Shown here: one piece after another, positions 9,960-22,169 of the stretch
Position numbering within the stretch: position 1 is the first letter of the stretch
Layout of the letters: the number at the start of each line of letters is the position of its first letter
Assembly (NCBI RefSeq): GCF_963921235.1
Contig: NC_086097.1
Span: 107,696,001-107,760,000, forward strand
Length of the DNA: 64,000 nucleotides
Direction of reading: 5' to 3'
DNA from: Mobula hypostoma
Lineage: Eukaryota
Program-made: the position numbers and the translations under genes
The notes under the pieces: generated by a model
Told to the model about the DNA's origin: nothing
Seen by the model: the letters and a program-made list of their open reading frames with translations, nothing else
The model's database searches: none

Positions 9960-12380
9960 TATAGTGACCAGAATCCACTATATCTATATATCTGTATATT
10001 TGTAAATTAAACAAAATAAACAAAAGTGCATAAAGAGAGCAAAAATAGTGAGTTAGTGTACATCGGTTCATTGTCCATTCAGAAATCTGATGGCACAATG
10101 TCATGGTCCAGTCTGTGAAGTCTGCATTCTGGTTCATGGTCCGGTCCGTTGACCCTTGCTCCAGGTTTTCCTGTCTATCCTGCTTCTGTTCCTGTTGAGC
10201 ACTAATTGAGGCAGCTGATGCTCGTTGGAGCTGGCTGCATAAATACCTCCAGAGACCAGCGTGTGGCTGCTGGATTGTTCTTGTCCTTACTCTTTGTATC
10301 CCTTCCCCTGCCTTCTGTTTCCTCGCCTGAAGCCCTGCCTTGTCTTGCCGGTAACTCTCGCCTCGCCTCGCCTGTAGTCTTGGAGCCATCCTGTACCTAG
10401 CTCCCTTCCTGTCCTTGCCTCCGCGGGGTATGTCAGGTCATCTTGCCATTACCTGCGGTTGGTTCTGTCCCTTCCTGTCCCTTGCCTCCATCGGGTAAGC
10501 CAGGCCATCTTGCCGTTACCCTATGGTTGGTTCTGTCCCTTCCTGCCCCTTGCCTCTGTCGGGTAAGCCAGGCTGTATTGCCGTTACCCTGCAGTTGGTT
10601 CTGTCCCTTCCTGTCCCTTGCCTCCGTCAGGTGAAAGTCCGCGCCCTGCGTAGGAGGAGCTTCAAGACCCCAGCCCCCAGCCTCACCTCAGGTCTCAGCC
10701 TTGCCTCAAGACTCCAGCCTCGCCCTGCCTGCCAGCCAAGTCACGTCCTTGCCTAGTTCTGGGGTCCGAGCCAGAGGCAAGACCCAGGTATTGGGTCCTT
10801 GTCCAGTCTCTGGCTCGGAGTCCAAGCCCAGGCTCCTAGCTCTCTTGTCCAGTCCTGTTCCGGGTTCCCGGTTTTCGTGTCCATGTCCTAGTCCTCACCC
10901 TGTATCCTAGTTCTGTCCCTAGTACTTAATTGTCTGTGTCTTGCACTTGGGATCCGTCCCCAGCACCCATCCTATGAAAGAATGATACAGCCAACCATGG
11001 ACCCAGCGACACAGACACTGTCATTTTCCTCTTGCCACCTGGGGTTCCCGTCTGTTAAATACCCTCCCACCCGCTCAGGTCGTCCATAGTCTGGATAGCC
11101 TGTTTGTTCGCCAGGAGGCTCCCGGGGGGGTGGGGGGGTACTGACATGGTCCGGTCCGTGAAGTCCACATTCTAGTTCACAGTACGGTCCGTCGACCTTT
11201 GCTCCAGGTTTTCCTGTCTACCCTGTTTTCTTTTCCTGTTGAGCACTAATTAAGGCAGCTGATTCTTGTTGGGGCTGGCTGCATAAATACCTCCAGAGAC
11301 CAGGGCGTGGCTGCTGGATTGCTCTTGTCCTTACTCCTTGTATCCTATCCTCTGCCTTCTGTTTCCTTGCCTGAAACCCTGCCTTGTCTTGCCGGTAACT
11401 CTCGCCTCGCCTCGCCTGTAGTCTTGGAACCACCCTGTACCTAGCTCCCTTCCTGTCCCTTGCCTCCGCCGGGTAACAGGCTGTCTTGCCGTTACCCTGC
11501 ATTTGGTTCTGTCCCTTCCTGTCCCTTGCCTCCGTCGGGTAAGCCAGGCCGTATTGCTGTTACCCTGCGGTTGGTTCTGTCCCTTGCCTCCGTCTGGTGG
11601 AGATCCATGCCTTGCCCAGGAGTATCACGCCCTGCCCAGGAAGAGCTTCAGGACCAGCCTCCAGCCTTGCCTCAAGTCTCCAGCCTCCAGCCTCACCTCA
11701 GGTCTCCAGCCTCCAGCCTCACCTCAGGTCTCCAGTCTCCAGCCTCCAGCCTCCAGCCTTGCCTCAGGTCTCAGACTTGCCTCAAAACTCCAGCCTCGTC
11801 CTGCCTGCCAGCCAAGTCACGTCCTTGCCTAGTTCTGGGGTCCGAGCCAGAGGCAAGACCCAGGTACTGGATCCTTGTCCAGTCTCTGGCTTGGAGTCCA
11901 AGCCCGGGCTCCTAGCTCTCTTGTCCAGTCCTGTTCCGGGTTCCCGGTTTTCGGGTCCATGTCCTTGCTCTCACCCTGTATCCTAGTCCGGTCCCTGTCT
12001 GTGTCTTACACTTGGGTCCATCCCCAGTGCCCATCCTATGACACACAAGGGAAGAAGCTGTTCCTAAAATGTTCAGTGCGTGTCTTCAGGCTCCCATACC
12101 TCCTCCTTTATGGTAGTAATGAGAAGAGGGCATGTCCTGGGTGATGGGAATCCTTAGTGATCCTTAATATTGGATGCTGCTTTTTTGAGGCATCATCTTT
12201 TGAAGATGTCCTCGATGCTGGAGAGGCTGTTGCCCTTGATGGAGTGCAAGGTGGGTCAATGTATGTACCTTTTTGGAAGATTGTGTTTGTGCATGAGGGG
12301 GTCTCTTGAACTTCTGCAGATGCACTATATAAAGTATCCTGACAGGAAGCATGACAACATGTTGTGACAACTGCTCTGCT
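9960..12380 (-). mobile_element. Rex1/Babar-type LINE 3' part, split by the LTR element at 10099-12043
   Basis: ITKDSHHPGHALFSLLP motif; the LINE sequence resumes across the CACAA duplication. Confidence 0.75.
10099..12043 (+). mobile_element. Non-autonomous two-LTR retrotransposon (LTR1 10099-10979, internal 10980-11141, LTR2 11142-12043)
   Basis: Two homologous ~0.9 kb repeats with TGTCAT..ATGACA-type termini, a perfect 5-bp TSD CACAA (10094-10098 / 12044-12048), a G-rich PPT before LTR2 and an MDPA-type start at 10997. Confidence 0.93.
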
Positions 12381-12419
12381 CTGGGCTGCTGGAAGCTGCA
12401 GAGAGGAGTAACCACTCAC

Positions 12420-12980
12420 CGGTGAATCACAGGCACATCAGATCCTTCCAAACAGTAACTGGATACAACGTCTAGGTCCAGGAATTACAGGGATATGGGT
12501 ATGAGATAAGGCCAGAAGTTGGGGAACCTATTTGGGACTTGAATTGGAGATTGCTGATGTTGGCTGTTCACAGCCTGGTGTACAAATCAAATAGGGTGCT
12601 TTGTCCCACATTGTGTCAAGTTGGAATATAGTTATGCAGGTAAGAGGAGAGAATTCAATCACAGTTATGCTTTGTGTTTTGTACATATTGGAAAGGATTT
12701 GGGGTGTCATGAGCTAAGTAGTTCATCACATGAAAACCAGCTTCTAACCTGGTGTACTGGCAACTGCATTTATATGGCAATTCCAAAAGAGTTTTCCCTT
12801 TCAGATTTACCAGAGCTCCTTGAAGCCACACTTTGCCAAAGGCTGCCTTCATGTCAAGAGCAGTCACTAAATTCATCTTTATGGCTCATATTTGCACCAA
12901 GCTTGTGATGTGGTCTGGACTGAAGTGATCCTAGCAAAGCCCAAACTAGGTATCAGTGAGTATATCATTAACACCTTCAA
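12420..12980 (-). mobile_element. Old CR1/L2-group LINE RT fragment
   Basis: VTALDMKAAFGKVWLQGAL; a related plus-strand fragment lies at ~13790-14020. Confidence 0.6.
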
Positions 12981-14029
12981 AGACACTTTCTTCAAATTGG
13001 CTGGAGACTGGTGTCTGCAATGGTGAAGATTTCAAGATGAACCTGAGACCATCTGGTTAGTAATTCTGGCTAAGCATGGCTGTTAGCGCTTCACCTTATC
13101 TTTAGGACTTATGTGCTACAATTGTTGACCAGATATGACAGGATTGTCCTCTCAAATGAATGTAAACATAATTAACTATGAAAGGTATCTTTACTTCCTT
13201 CCTCAGTCCAAATGACTTGCTTCCAGTGCCTGAGATGCAGCTTCAGCTAGATCATTATTAGTATATATATATACACACACACTTACTTTTAATATGATAT
13301 ATACCTACTGTAATTCACAGTTTCTTTTCTATAATTATGTACTGCATTGTTCTGCTGTTGCAAAGACAACAAATTTCATAACATATGCCAGTGATTCTGA
13401 TTCTGTTGACTTGAACTCCTGTGGTCAAGGAAACAAAAATTGTATCTCAAATGACTACTAACAAAAACATGGTTCCACAAACTTTGTGAATTCTTCATCA
13501 TAAAATCACTTTCTTTGGGATATTGGTCAAATATCAAAGAAAATTGATAATTTTGTGATTTTGAAATAAGCCGAAATGAGTTGTTATAATAATAAAGGCA
13601 ATTACATCAATCTCATCAAGAGTATGATTATGCATTTTTATAAAATATGCCTTCAGTGGCAAACCTTAGAACTTACAGGGGTAACTGTGGATAGGTTTGC
13701 ACATAAAATAGAAACAGATTTCCCAAGTGACCACTATGGATAGTGCATTTGAGATTAAAGAAATTTAAAGTGAATGAGTTTAGGTAGCACAAAAGACGAT
13801 AGTCAGTCGGCCCATCCCCTGGACATCACTGCAGGAGTTCCTTAGGCGGTGTCCAAGGTCCACCCATCTTCAGCTCTGCTACGTCAATGACCTTCCTTCT
13901 GTCATGTCAGAAGTAGGCTTATCTGCTGCATGATTGCACAATATTCAATTTAATTTGCCCAAGTGTTGCATGCAGAATGACCTCAACAATATTCAGGCAC
14001 GGGCTGATTACTTGCAGGCAAGTGGTTGT

Positions 14030-15890
14030 TGTCTACATGTACTTTAGCAAGGGCTTTGACAAAAAATCATATGGAAGGTTGGTCTGGAAGGTTGGTCCAG
14101 AAGGTTAAGTCACTTGGCATTCAGGATGAAGTAGCCAACTGGATTTAACATTGGCTTCATGAGAGTAGTGGCAGGGTGATAATAGATGTTTGCTTCCCTG
14201 ACTGGAGGCCTGTGACTAGTGGTGTGCTGTATGGATCGGTGCTTGGTCCGATATTGTTTATTATCTATATTAATGAGTTACATGATGATGGAGTAAGCTG
14301 GATCACCAAATCTGAAAATGACACCAAGATGGGGGCATAGTGGAAAGCAAGGAAGACCATCAAAGCTTGTAGTATAATCTCGACCAGGTGGGAAAATGGC
14401 AGATGGAATTTAATGCAGACGCACATTGATTCAGGGACAGTTTCTTCCCTCTGCCATCTGAATTCTGAAGGAACGCTGAACCCATGAACACTACATCACT
14501 ACTTTTTTATTTCCATTTTTGCACTACTTATTTAATTTAACTATTATTTATATATATATATATATTTACTGTGATTCTCATTTTTTCTATTATTATGTAT
14601 TGCAATGTACAACAAATTTCATGACATGTCTGATAAGAGTAAGGTGTTGCAGCTTTGCATGAAAAATAAGAGGACGACTTGCACAGTAAATGGTAGGGTA
14701 CTGATTCGGGAATACGTAATCTGTAATTCCTTGAAAGTGGCATCACAGGTAGATAGAGTCATAAAGAGAGCTTTCAACATTGGCCTTCATGAATCAGGGA
14801 ATTGAATACAAGAGTTGTTATGTTGAAGTTCTATAAGACGTTGGTGAGGATGTATTTGGAGTATTGTGTGCAGTTCTGATCACCTACAGTACTCATATAA
14901 AACTAGGGTGCCCAAGACTTTTGCAGAGTACTGTAGTAATTTTATGTATTGCACTGTACTGCTACCACAAAAATAAAAATCAAATTTCATGACAGATGTG
15001 AGTGATGATAAACCTGATTCTGATATAGGTCTCTATTGTGGACTGAGAGTGGGAAGTGAGCAGGGAGAGGGAATCATGGTAGGGAAAAGGGAAATGGACA
15101 GGAGAGGGAGTGGGAAGCACCAGATAGACATTCTGTAATGATTAATAAACCAATTATTTGGAAACAAAAGACCTTGCCTAGTGTCTCAGGGCTGGGTGTG
15201 TCTGCACCTGCACCATCCCCTGCCCCTGGCACTCCACCTGTCCCAGCGCTCCACGCTTGCCATTCCCAGCATCCTTTGCTCTCTCCAGATTTACAAACTT
15301 GACTTGCTCTCTGCTCTGTGTTGACAAATACAGTACTGTACAAAAGTCTGATATATATGCCTAAGACTTTTGTACAGAGCTGTACCTACAGGGGTGATAT
15401 CAATAAGCTTGAAAGAGTGCAAAGAAAACCTAAGAGGATGTTGCCTCGACATGAGGGCCTGAGTCATAGGGAAAGATTGAGTAGGTTAGAACTTTATTCC
15501 CAGGAGTGTAGAGAATGAAGGGAAATCTTACAGAGGAATTCAAAATTATGAGGGGATTAGATAGAGTATATTAATGCAGGCTTTTTTCCCTCAGATTGGA
15601 TGAAGCTCGAACTAGAGCTCACAGATGTAAGGTGAAATATTTAAGGGTAATCTGAGGGGTTACCCTCAGAGGGTGGTGAGAATGTAGAATGAGCTGCCAG
15701 CGGAAGTGGGAGGTGTGGGTTCAACCATAACATTTAAGAAAAGTTTGGTTAGGTTCATGGATGAAAGGGGTATGGAGGGCTATGGTCAAGATGCAGGTAG
15801 ATGGGACCAGACAGACCAGGCCATCATGGTCTAGATGGGCCAAAGTGCCTGTTTCTATGCTGTACTGTTCTATGAGTCTATGACTCTAAA
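14030..15890 (+). mobile_element. Decayed CR1 LINE with nested insertions
   Basis: WRPVTSGV, SLKVASQVDRVIKRAF and LERVQRK motifs and a CR1 tail at ~15850-15890; insertions at ~14420-14625 and 14887-15382. Confidence 0.85.
14887..15382. mobile_element. Composite Tc1/mariner-type element: two ~50-bp mini-MITEs flanking ~400 bp of cargo
   Basis: Units 14887-14933 and 15331-15382 have CAGTACTGT(G/A)CAAAAGTC-type inverted ends, each bounded by TA; the host CR1 sequence rejoins across a TA duplication. Confidence 0.7.
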
Positions 15891-16511
15891 TAATAAATGG
15901 TAATTTTGAAGTTGCAAGGTAAAATTTTAATAATGTGTGCAGAAAACAATATATAACTTAATTTTAATAGAAAGAAACCAATTAAACAGGAATATCATAA
16001 TAGAGAGACCAGAAAAGAGACCATTCAACTATTAGCAGATATTCTCATGGCTGAAGAAAAACAGTTTAAGAAGTGATTAAAAATAGTGAGAAGAACCTTA
16101 CGGGAACTTTCCATCAATTTTATTTCCATTATGATCAGAGCCTTTTGACCTGAAATATTAACTCTATTTTTCTTTCCACAGATGCTGTCTGACCTGTTGA
16201 ATATTCACAACATTTTATTTTCATTTTAAGTTTGCAGCTTTTGGAGATTTTTCATTTTTAAACTCAAGTGTAGGTTTGATTGAGCAGTGCAGCACTCTAC
16301 CATTGCTGATGACTGGATAAAGTTTAGATCATGCTAACTATTCCTGCTACTATGCAATGTGAACTTATGCTTGGAAAACATTGGAACCAGTTTGTTCTAT
16401 TGCCTGCATTCACGGAAATACAATTCCTTTGATAGCAATAGCGTTACAGATAACCAGCCATTGCTCTGAGCAGGAAATTCTTACTTGACCTGAAAATTGC
16501 GTGGCACTTTA

Positions 16512-17228
16512 TACTGCATCCAGTGCTCCTGGTGCGGCCTTCTATATATCGGCAAGACATGATGCAGGCTGGGAGATCGTTTCGCAGAACACCTACGCTC
16601 TGTCTGCCAGAGAAAGCAAGATCTCCCAGTAGCCACACATTTTAATTCCACGTCCCATTCCCATTCTGATATGTCTATCCATGGCCTCCTCTACTGTCAA
16701 GATGAAGCCACACTCAGGTTGGAGGAGCAACACCTTATATGCTGTCTGGGTAACCTCCAACCTGATGGCATGAATATTGACTTCTCTAACTTCCGTTAAT
16801 GCCCGTCCTTCCCTTCACACCCCATCCCTTATTTATTTATTTTATATATTTTTTATTTTTCCCCCTTTTTTTCTCTCTCTTTTTTCTCCCTCTGTCCCTC
16901 TCACTATAACTCCTTGCCTGCTCTCCACCTTCCAGGCTCCCCTCCCCCCTTCTCTTTCTCCCCAGGCTTCCCGTCCCATGATCCTTTCCCTTCTCCAGCT
17001 CTTAGATCCACCTCTCCCCTCCTGTCTTCTCCTGTCATTTCGGATCTCCCCTCCCCCTCCCACTTTCAAATCTCTTACTATCTCTTCTTTCAGTTAATCC
17101 TGACGAAGGGTCTCGGCCCAAAACGTCGACTGTACCTCTTCCTATAGATGCTGCCTGACCTGCTGTGTTCACCAGCAGTTTTTGTGTGTGTTGCTTGAAT
17201 TTCCAGCATCTGCAGATTTCCTTGTGTC
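16512..17228 (+). mobile_element. Penelope-like element 3' part (GIY-YIG endonuclease plus terminal region with hammerhead motif)
   Basis: YCIQCSWCGLLYIGKT..RLGDRFAEHL..VATHFN..EEQHLI..QPDGMN; 10-bp TSD TGGCACTTTA (16502-16511 / 17229-17238). Confidence 0.92.
17091..17133 (+). ncRNA. Minimal type I hammerhead ribozyme motif (GAAA box mutated to AAAA)
   Basis: CTGACGA, GGG/CCC stem II, AAAA, then CGTC, with partial stem I pairing to GACTG; matches the minimal hammerheads known from Penelope elements. Confidence 0.65.
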
Positions 17229-19198
17229 TGGCACTTTAAATGTTTTTTTGTAATATGTATAGTATGAATATTTAGAATATTAATTGAAAAAAATCACATA
17301 CTTTTGATTTTATTTACTAATTGAAGAATTAATGAAATATAGTAGAACAAAGGAAATCTTACACATTTCAAAAACTTTTTCCCATCTGTCTTTATTATAA
17401 ATCCATTGTCCAGATTAATTTTGCCTCCAGATGAAAGATGTGTCTTAATCCTCATTAGATCATCCAAATGTTCCAATTCTAGTGTGTTCCTGGATTTACA
17501 TTTGATTGAGTTCATGAAACTGAATCCAAGTTCACAATAAGCACTAGAAATGTTCCAGCGATATTAACAAGAATTGACAGTTCCTCAAGTTCTTCATTTC
17601 TAAGCACATAGTTCAACGTATCAGTAAACATTTTATTTGAATCAGTCTTAACTTTTGCAGAAATGACAATTTTGAAATCATAGTATTGTTGCGATAATTT
17701 TGAAGCAATGCTTTCATCGTAGTTTATAATAGTAGATGAGTTTTTTTTGACAGTCGTACAAGATTCTCTTTTCCAAATTCAAAATTGGTTGCGTTTGCAA
17801 AAGCAACAGGGTCAAAAGCTTGCCATTCTCTTAACTCATCATCAGAGAAGCTATTATCCAAGTGATTACACTCCTGTTGAATGAATTGAATAATAGGCAC
17901 AGTATCAACTTCGGAACTTATAGATACAAGCAGATCTTTTACTTTGTCACTCTAATAAATGGTATCACCAAAATACTGTGGGCATAACTTGTTAATTTTT
18001 GCTTTTGCATACTGTAGAACTTCAATTGTATTCAAACAACTTTTCTGAAGGAATTTACAAAGAGATGCCAGATCATAAAACATCGTTAAGGACAGTTAAT
18101 GCTGCTCGATGTTGTGGATTGGTGAAAATCTTCAGGCAGAAGTTGCTGATTGGAGCGTTACATTCACGAACTTGCCCTTTGCATTACTGGACTAAAACTT
18201 CATAATTCCTCAGTAAAGCAGTAATGGGAAAATGTCTTGACAGCCATCTTACTTCATTTAGTGGTCTAAATGACAGAATATCACATTCTATGACATTAGC
18301 TAAATGAAACTTTCCTGGTTTAGCCAATGACCTGTTCATAGCTGTGTTTCTACATCCTGCATAACTTATATTTTTCCATGCGTCGTCTAGTCCTAGGTCT
18401 TCTCTGTGCAACACAATGTTACTCCAACAGATGTTTTATTTCTCGGCAAAGAATTGCCGTCACACCATTATTCTTTCCAAGTATAACATTTGCCCTGTCT
18501 GACGTAAACATCACCATCTTTTAAACATCAAGATTGTTGTTGATACATATTTTTTTGCTTCAACTATAGTGATACTGCCACATGCAGTTAGTTCCAAAAT
18601 ACCCACAAAGACAGTCTTATAGGAAGTTTCATTTTCCAGTCAATGCGTAAAATACAAAATTAATATTTTCTGTAAAAAAAATACCTGTACTTTCATGAGG
18701 AATTAGCGCATGGAAAGCAGGTTTCCACAATTCTTCCATTATCTCTTTCTGAAGCACACAGCTGATGCATTCAACAAATTTGAATGCAATGTTCTTGCTG
18801 CACCAACTCTCTGGTATATTTACATATTTGTCCAGGTGTGCATGAATTTCTTGCACAGAATGCATAGAAGCAGTAATTTTAACTCCTAACATAACGTTAT
18901 CAATTACCACTTTGACCATTATCAGAGTTAGACTTCTTTCAGCATTTTGTTTCACTCTTGCTTCACGTTCTTTTGGAGTTTAAGTTAACAAGCGCAAAAT
19001 TCCACAGTTCTTCTGGTTGTGTAATTTGGTAACTGAATATATATGAATTCCTCTGGTTAAGATGTCGTTTTAAGAATTCTGACTTCTATTCTTCCCATTT
19101 TTTCCACTACTGAACTCACCCCCAAATTTTGCTTCCTCAAAAATGGTGCATACAACATCGCCAGCATCCAGATATATAAAAATATTGCCAATTTTTAT

Positions 19199-19333
19199 CC
19201 TGAAGAAGGGTCTCAGCCCAAAACATTGACTGTTTACTCTTTTCCATAGATGCTGCCTGGCTTACCATGTTTCTCCAGCATTTTGTGTGCATTACTTCGA
19301 TTTCTTGCATCTGCAGATTTTCCTTGTCTGTGA
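19199..19333 (+). mobile_element. 135-bp Penelope-derived short element (hammerhead motif plus tail)
   Basis: Homologous to 17099-17228; perfect 12-bp TSD GCCAATTTTTAT (19187-19198 / 19334-19345). Confidence 0.88.
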
Positions 19334-19479
19334 GCCAATTTTTATTCTTTGTTTTTGATACAAAGTCGGTAGCTCAGTATCTATGAGTTGCAAAGCCATT
19401 CTACTTTAAATTATGTACAATCTTTGTTCTCCAAAGCATTTAACTCTTTTTCTGCTTTACTTTTTGAAATCCTTGGGAT

Positions 19480-21262
19480 CATCATCATCATCATCAGGTG
19501 CCGTGCCCAGTTTGAGCTTTGACTGCCATGGCCCACACACTCCTGTTTCGGGTCAAGTGGATCAATTCATTGGTATTCATTTCCAATTCTCTGGCTGCTG
19601 TCTCCATCATCATTTGTCTTTGTCTTCCTCTTGCTTTCTTCCCTTCAATCTTTTCCATAATTACCGTGCATTCTAACTCTTCTTTCCTAATCACATGTCC
19701 AATGAAGTTACGTTGCCTTTTCATGATCTCATACATTATTTCTCTTTTTGTGCTTGCTCTGTTCATGACATCCTTATTAGATATTCGTTTTGTCCATAAT
19801 ATTCTTTGCATCCTCCTCAAAAACCACATCCCTGCTGCTTCAATTCATTCCCTCACATTACTAGATGTTGTCCAACATTCTGAGCCATATAACATAACTG
19901 GATAAACGTAACATTTCAGTACTCTGAGGTGGGTTGTCATGCCTAGTTTAGTATTGGTCAGTATACTCTTCATGGTGTCTTTTGCCATTCCTATTCTTCT
20001 TTTGATGTCCATGTCGCAGCTGCCAGCTGATGTCACCCAGCTTCCTAAGTAGCAAAAGTTTTGTAATTGTTTTATGTATTCTCCGTTTATTCTCAGCCTG
20101 CAGATAGGATTCTCCTTCTTTCTGGATATCACCATACATTCTGTCTTTTTGCAATTGATAGATAGACCCATTTTTACACTTTCTTCAACAACTGTATCAA
20201 TTAAGTTTTGTAATTCTTCCTCCGTACTTGCAATTAACACAGTGTCATCCGCATATCTGAAATTATTGATGTTTTCGCCGCCAACTTTGATTCCCAAGAT
20301 GTCTCTTATTTTTTGTAATATTGTTTCACTGTATACATTAAATAAATCAGGGGAGAAAACACACCTTTGTCTAACACCTCTCTTGATTTTCGTAAACTGA
20401 CTCACTTCTCCATCTATTCTTACAGCGGCAGTTTGTTTCCAGTACAGATTTCTGATTAGGCGGAGGTCTTTCGAATCAAAATCTAGAGTTTTCTGTAATA
20501 TTTCGAATACCTTATTGTGCTTCACTTTATCAAATGCTTTTGTGTAGTCGATAAAACAAACAAATCTTTTTGCACTTGAAAAGCTCATTCTGATAGTATC
20601 CTTAACATCAATGTTGCGTTTCTAGTACCTATGTCTTTCACAAAACAACATTGTTCTTTACCTAGTTCAGCTTGTATCTTACTTTTAGCTCTTGTCATCA
20701 AAATTCTTTGAAGTATCTTGGTGATATGACTCATTAAACTTATGGTCCTATGTAATTCACATTCTATTGCTCCAAGTTTCTTTGAAAGAGTGATAAATAC
20801 TGATTTTTTTTCATCTCTTCTGGTATTATTCCAGTCTCATAAATGTCATTGATTAAATCAGTAAGTAAGTTTATTCAATTCCATAATCTTCAAGGGTGAT
20901 AATTTGTTCTGTTACTAATTCATCAGGACCTGCAGCCTTTCCTTTCTTCATCTTATTTATTGCATTATGAACTTCAGATTTTAAAATACTGTACTTGGAC
21001 CTTCAATGTTTTTATTAATTTCTGGTTTTTCGCCTCGATCGTCTTCAAACAATTCCTGAATATACTCATTTCATCTGTACATTATCTCATCTTTTTCCAT
21101 GATACATCCACCTGAAGAACAGAGGAGCTTTTTACCAGTGATATTCTTGATTTGTTGATGTAACCTTTTTGGATCAGTAATAGGGATTCTTTCTATTTGC
21201 TCACATTCCTGGTTTAACCATTCTTCTTTGGCTTTTTGACATAAGCTTTTAACTTTTTAAGT
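19480..21262 (-). mobile_element. RTE-clade LINE, 5'-truncated
   Basis: FIDYTKAFDKV, GVRQRC..SPDLFN, RYADDTVL, YGSECWT and EGKKARGRQR; (ATG)n tail; 11-bp TSD ATCCTTGGGAT (19469-19479 / 21263-21273). Confidence 0.95.
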
Positions 21263-22169
21263 ATCCTTGGGATACTAAAAATAATTAATATAATTTGAGA
21301 ACATGGAAAATAATAATAACTATTATTTGAAAAATAAGTCCAAAATGTATAATTTTAATAAAATATCCACAGTCATGCAAACAATTTTATTGAAATGGAT
21401 TTTTACATTAATTTAAAAAATCTTATTAGAGTTTTTTTTTATAGATTACTTACCAAAATGTCAGAATGTAGAATTTTTCACATCAAACAAACACAAATGA
21501 CAACTCACAACACAAGTAAATGATGTCAGGCATACAAAGCGACTGACAGGCGCAATGGAAAGAGTAAAATGTTTGACTAAACGGCAGTGGCATTCAGCAG
21601 GCTGGCAGTTTCTTAACAATGAGCTGCCGACTTACCTTCTCTGTTTATTGTTAGAATTTTTAGCAGCATTGTAACTTGAAACACTGACAATGTGAATATG
21701 TTAAAGCTCTAAAATGTTTCTAAGGGTACTATGTTTATTATTTAGAAAATTTATGGATTATATGCATTAACATAAAATAAATTATGGGGTATTTCACAAT
21801 TATATTAATATATATTTCAAAATTATATTAACATTATATAAAAGAAAATTCCAGCTGTGTGGTAACAAAGGCAATATTCACAGGAGCATTGCAGTTACTA
21901 TGTCACTGTGCACCCACGCAGCTTAGAGGGAACAGTGGTTAGAAAGGAAACCATCATTCCATGGTCCAAATGTGAACTGCTACATATGCTGGAAATAAAA
22001 CAGAATGCTGGAGATACCCAGAAGAACCAGCAGATCAATGGAGAAAAGGAACTGAGTTAATGCAACAGGTTAATGACTTGGTTTTTCTCTATAAAAGTTC
22101 TGTTATGTACCAAGTATTTCTAGCAGTGTCTCTTTTATTCTATAATTTATGTGATTATTGGCTTCTTAA

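Larger units (their letters stand above)
16460..21937 (-). mobile_element. Decayed hAT DNA transposon (ZNF862/C17orf113-like transposase) with nested insertions
   Basis: Terminal CACTGTTCCCTCTAAG at 21922-21937, FKVEWL and CTI..H zinc-finger remnant, (D)EST, LHREDL, EVRWLSR and the dimerisation region FSFMNSIKCKSRNTL...LMRI. The left end is uncertain. Confidence 0.8.

Noticed and set aside
17294..18955. Domesticated ZNF862-like host gene
   Set aside because: Multiple stops and frameshifts, three TE insertions and a terminal repeat indicate a dead transposon.
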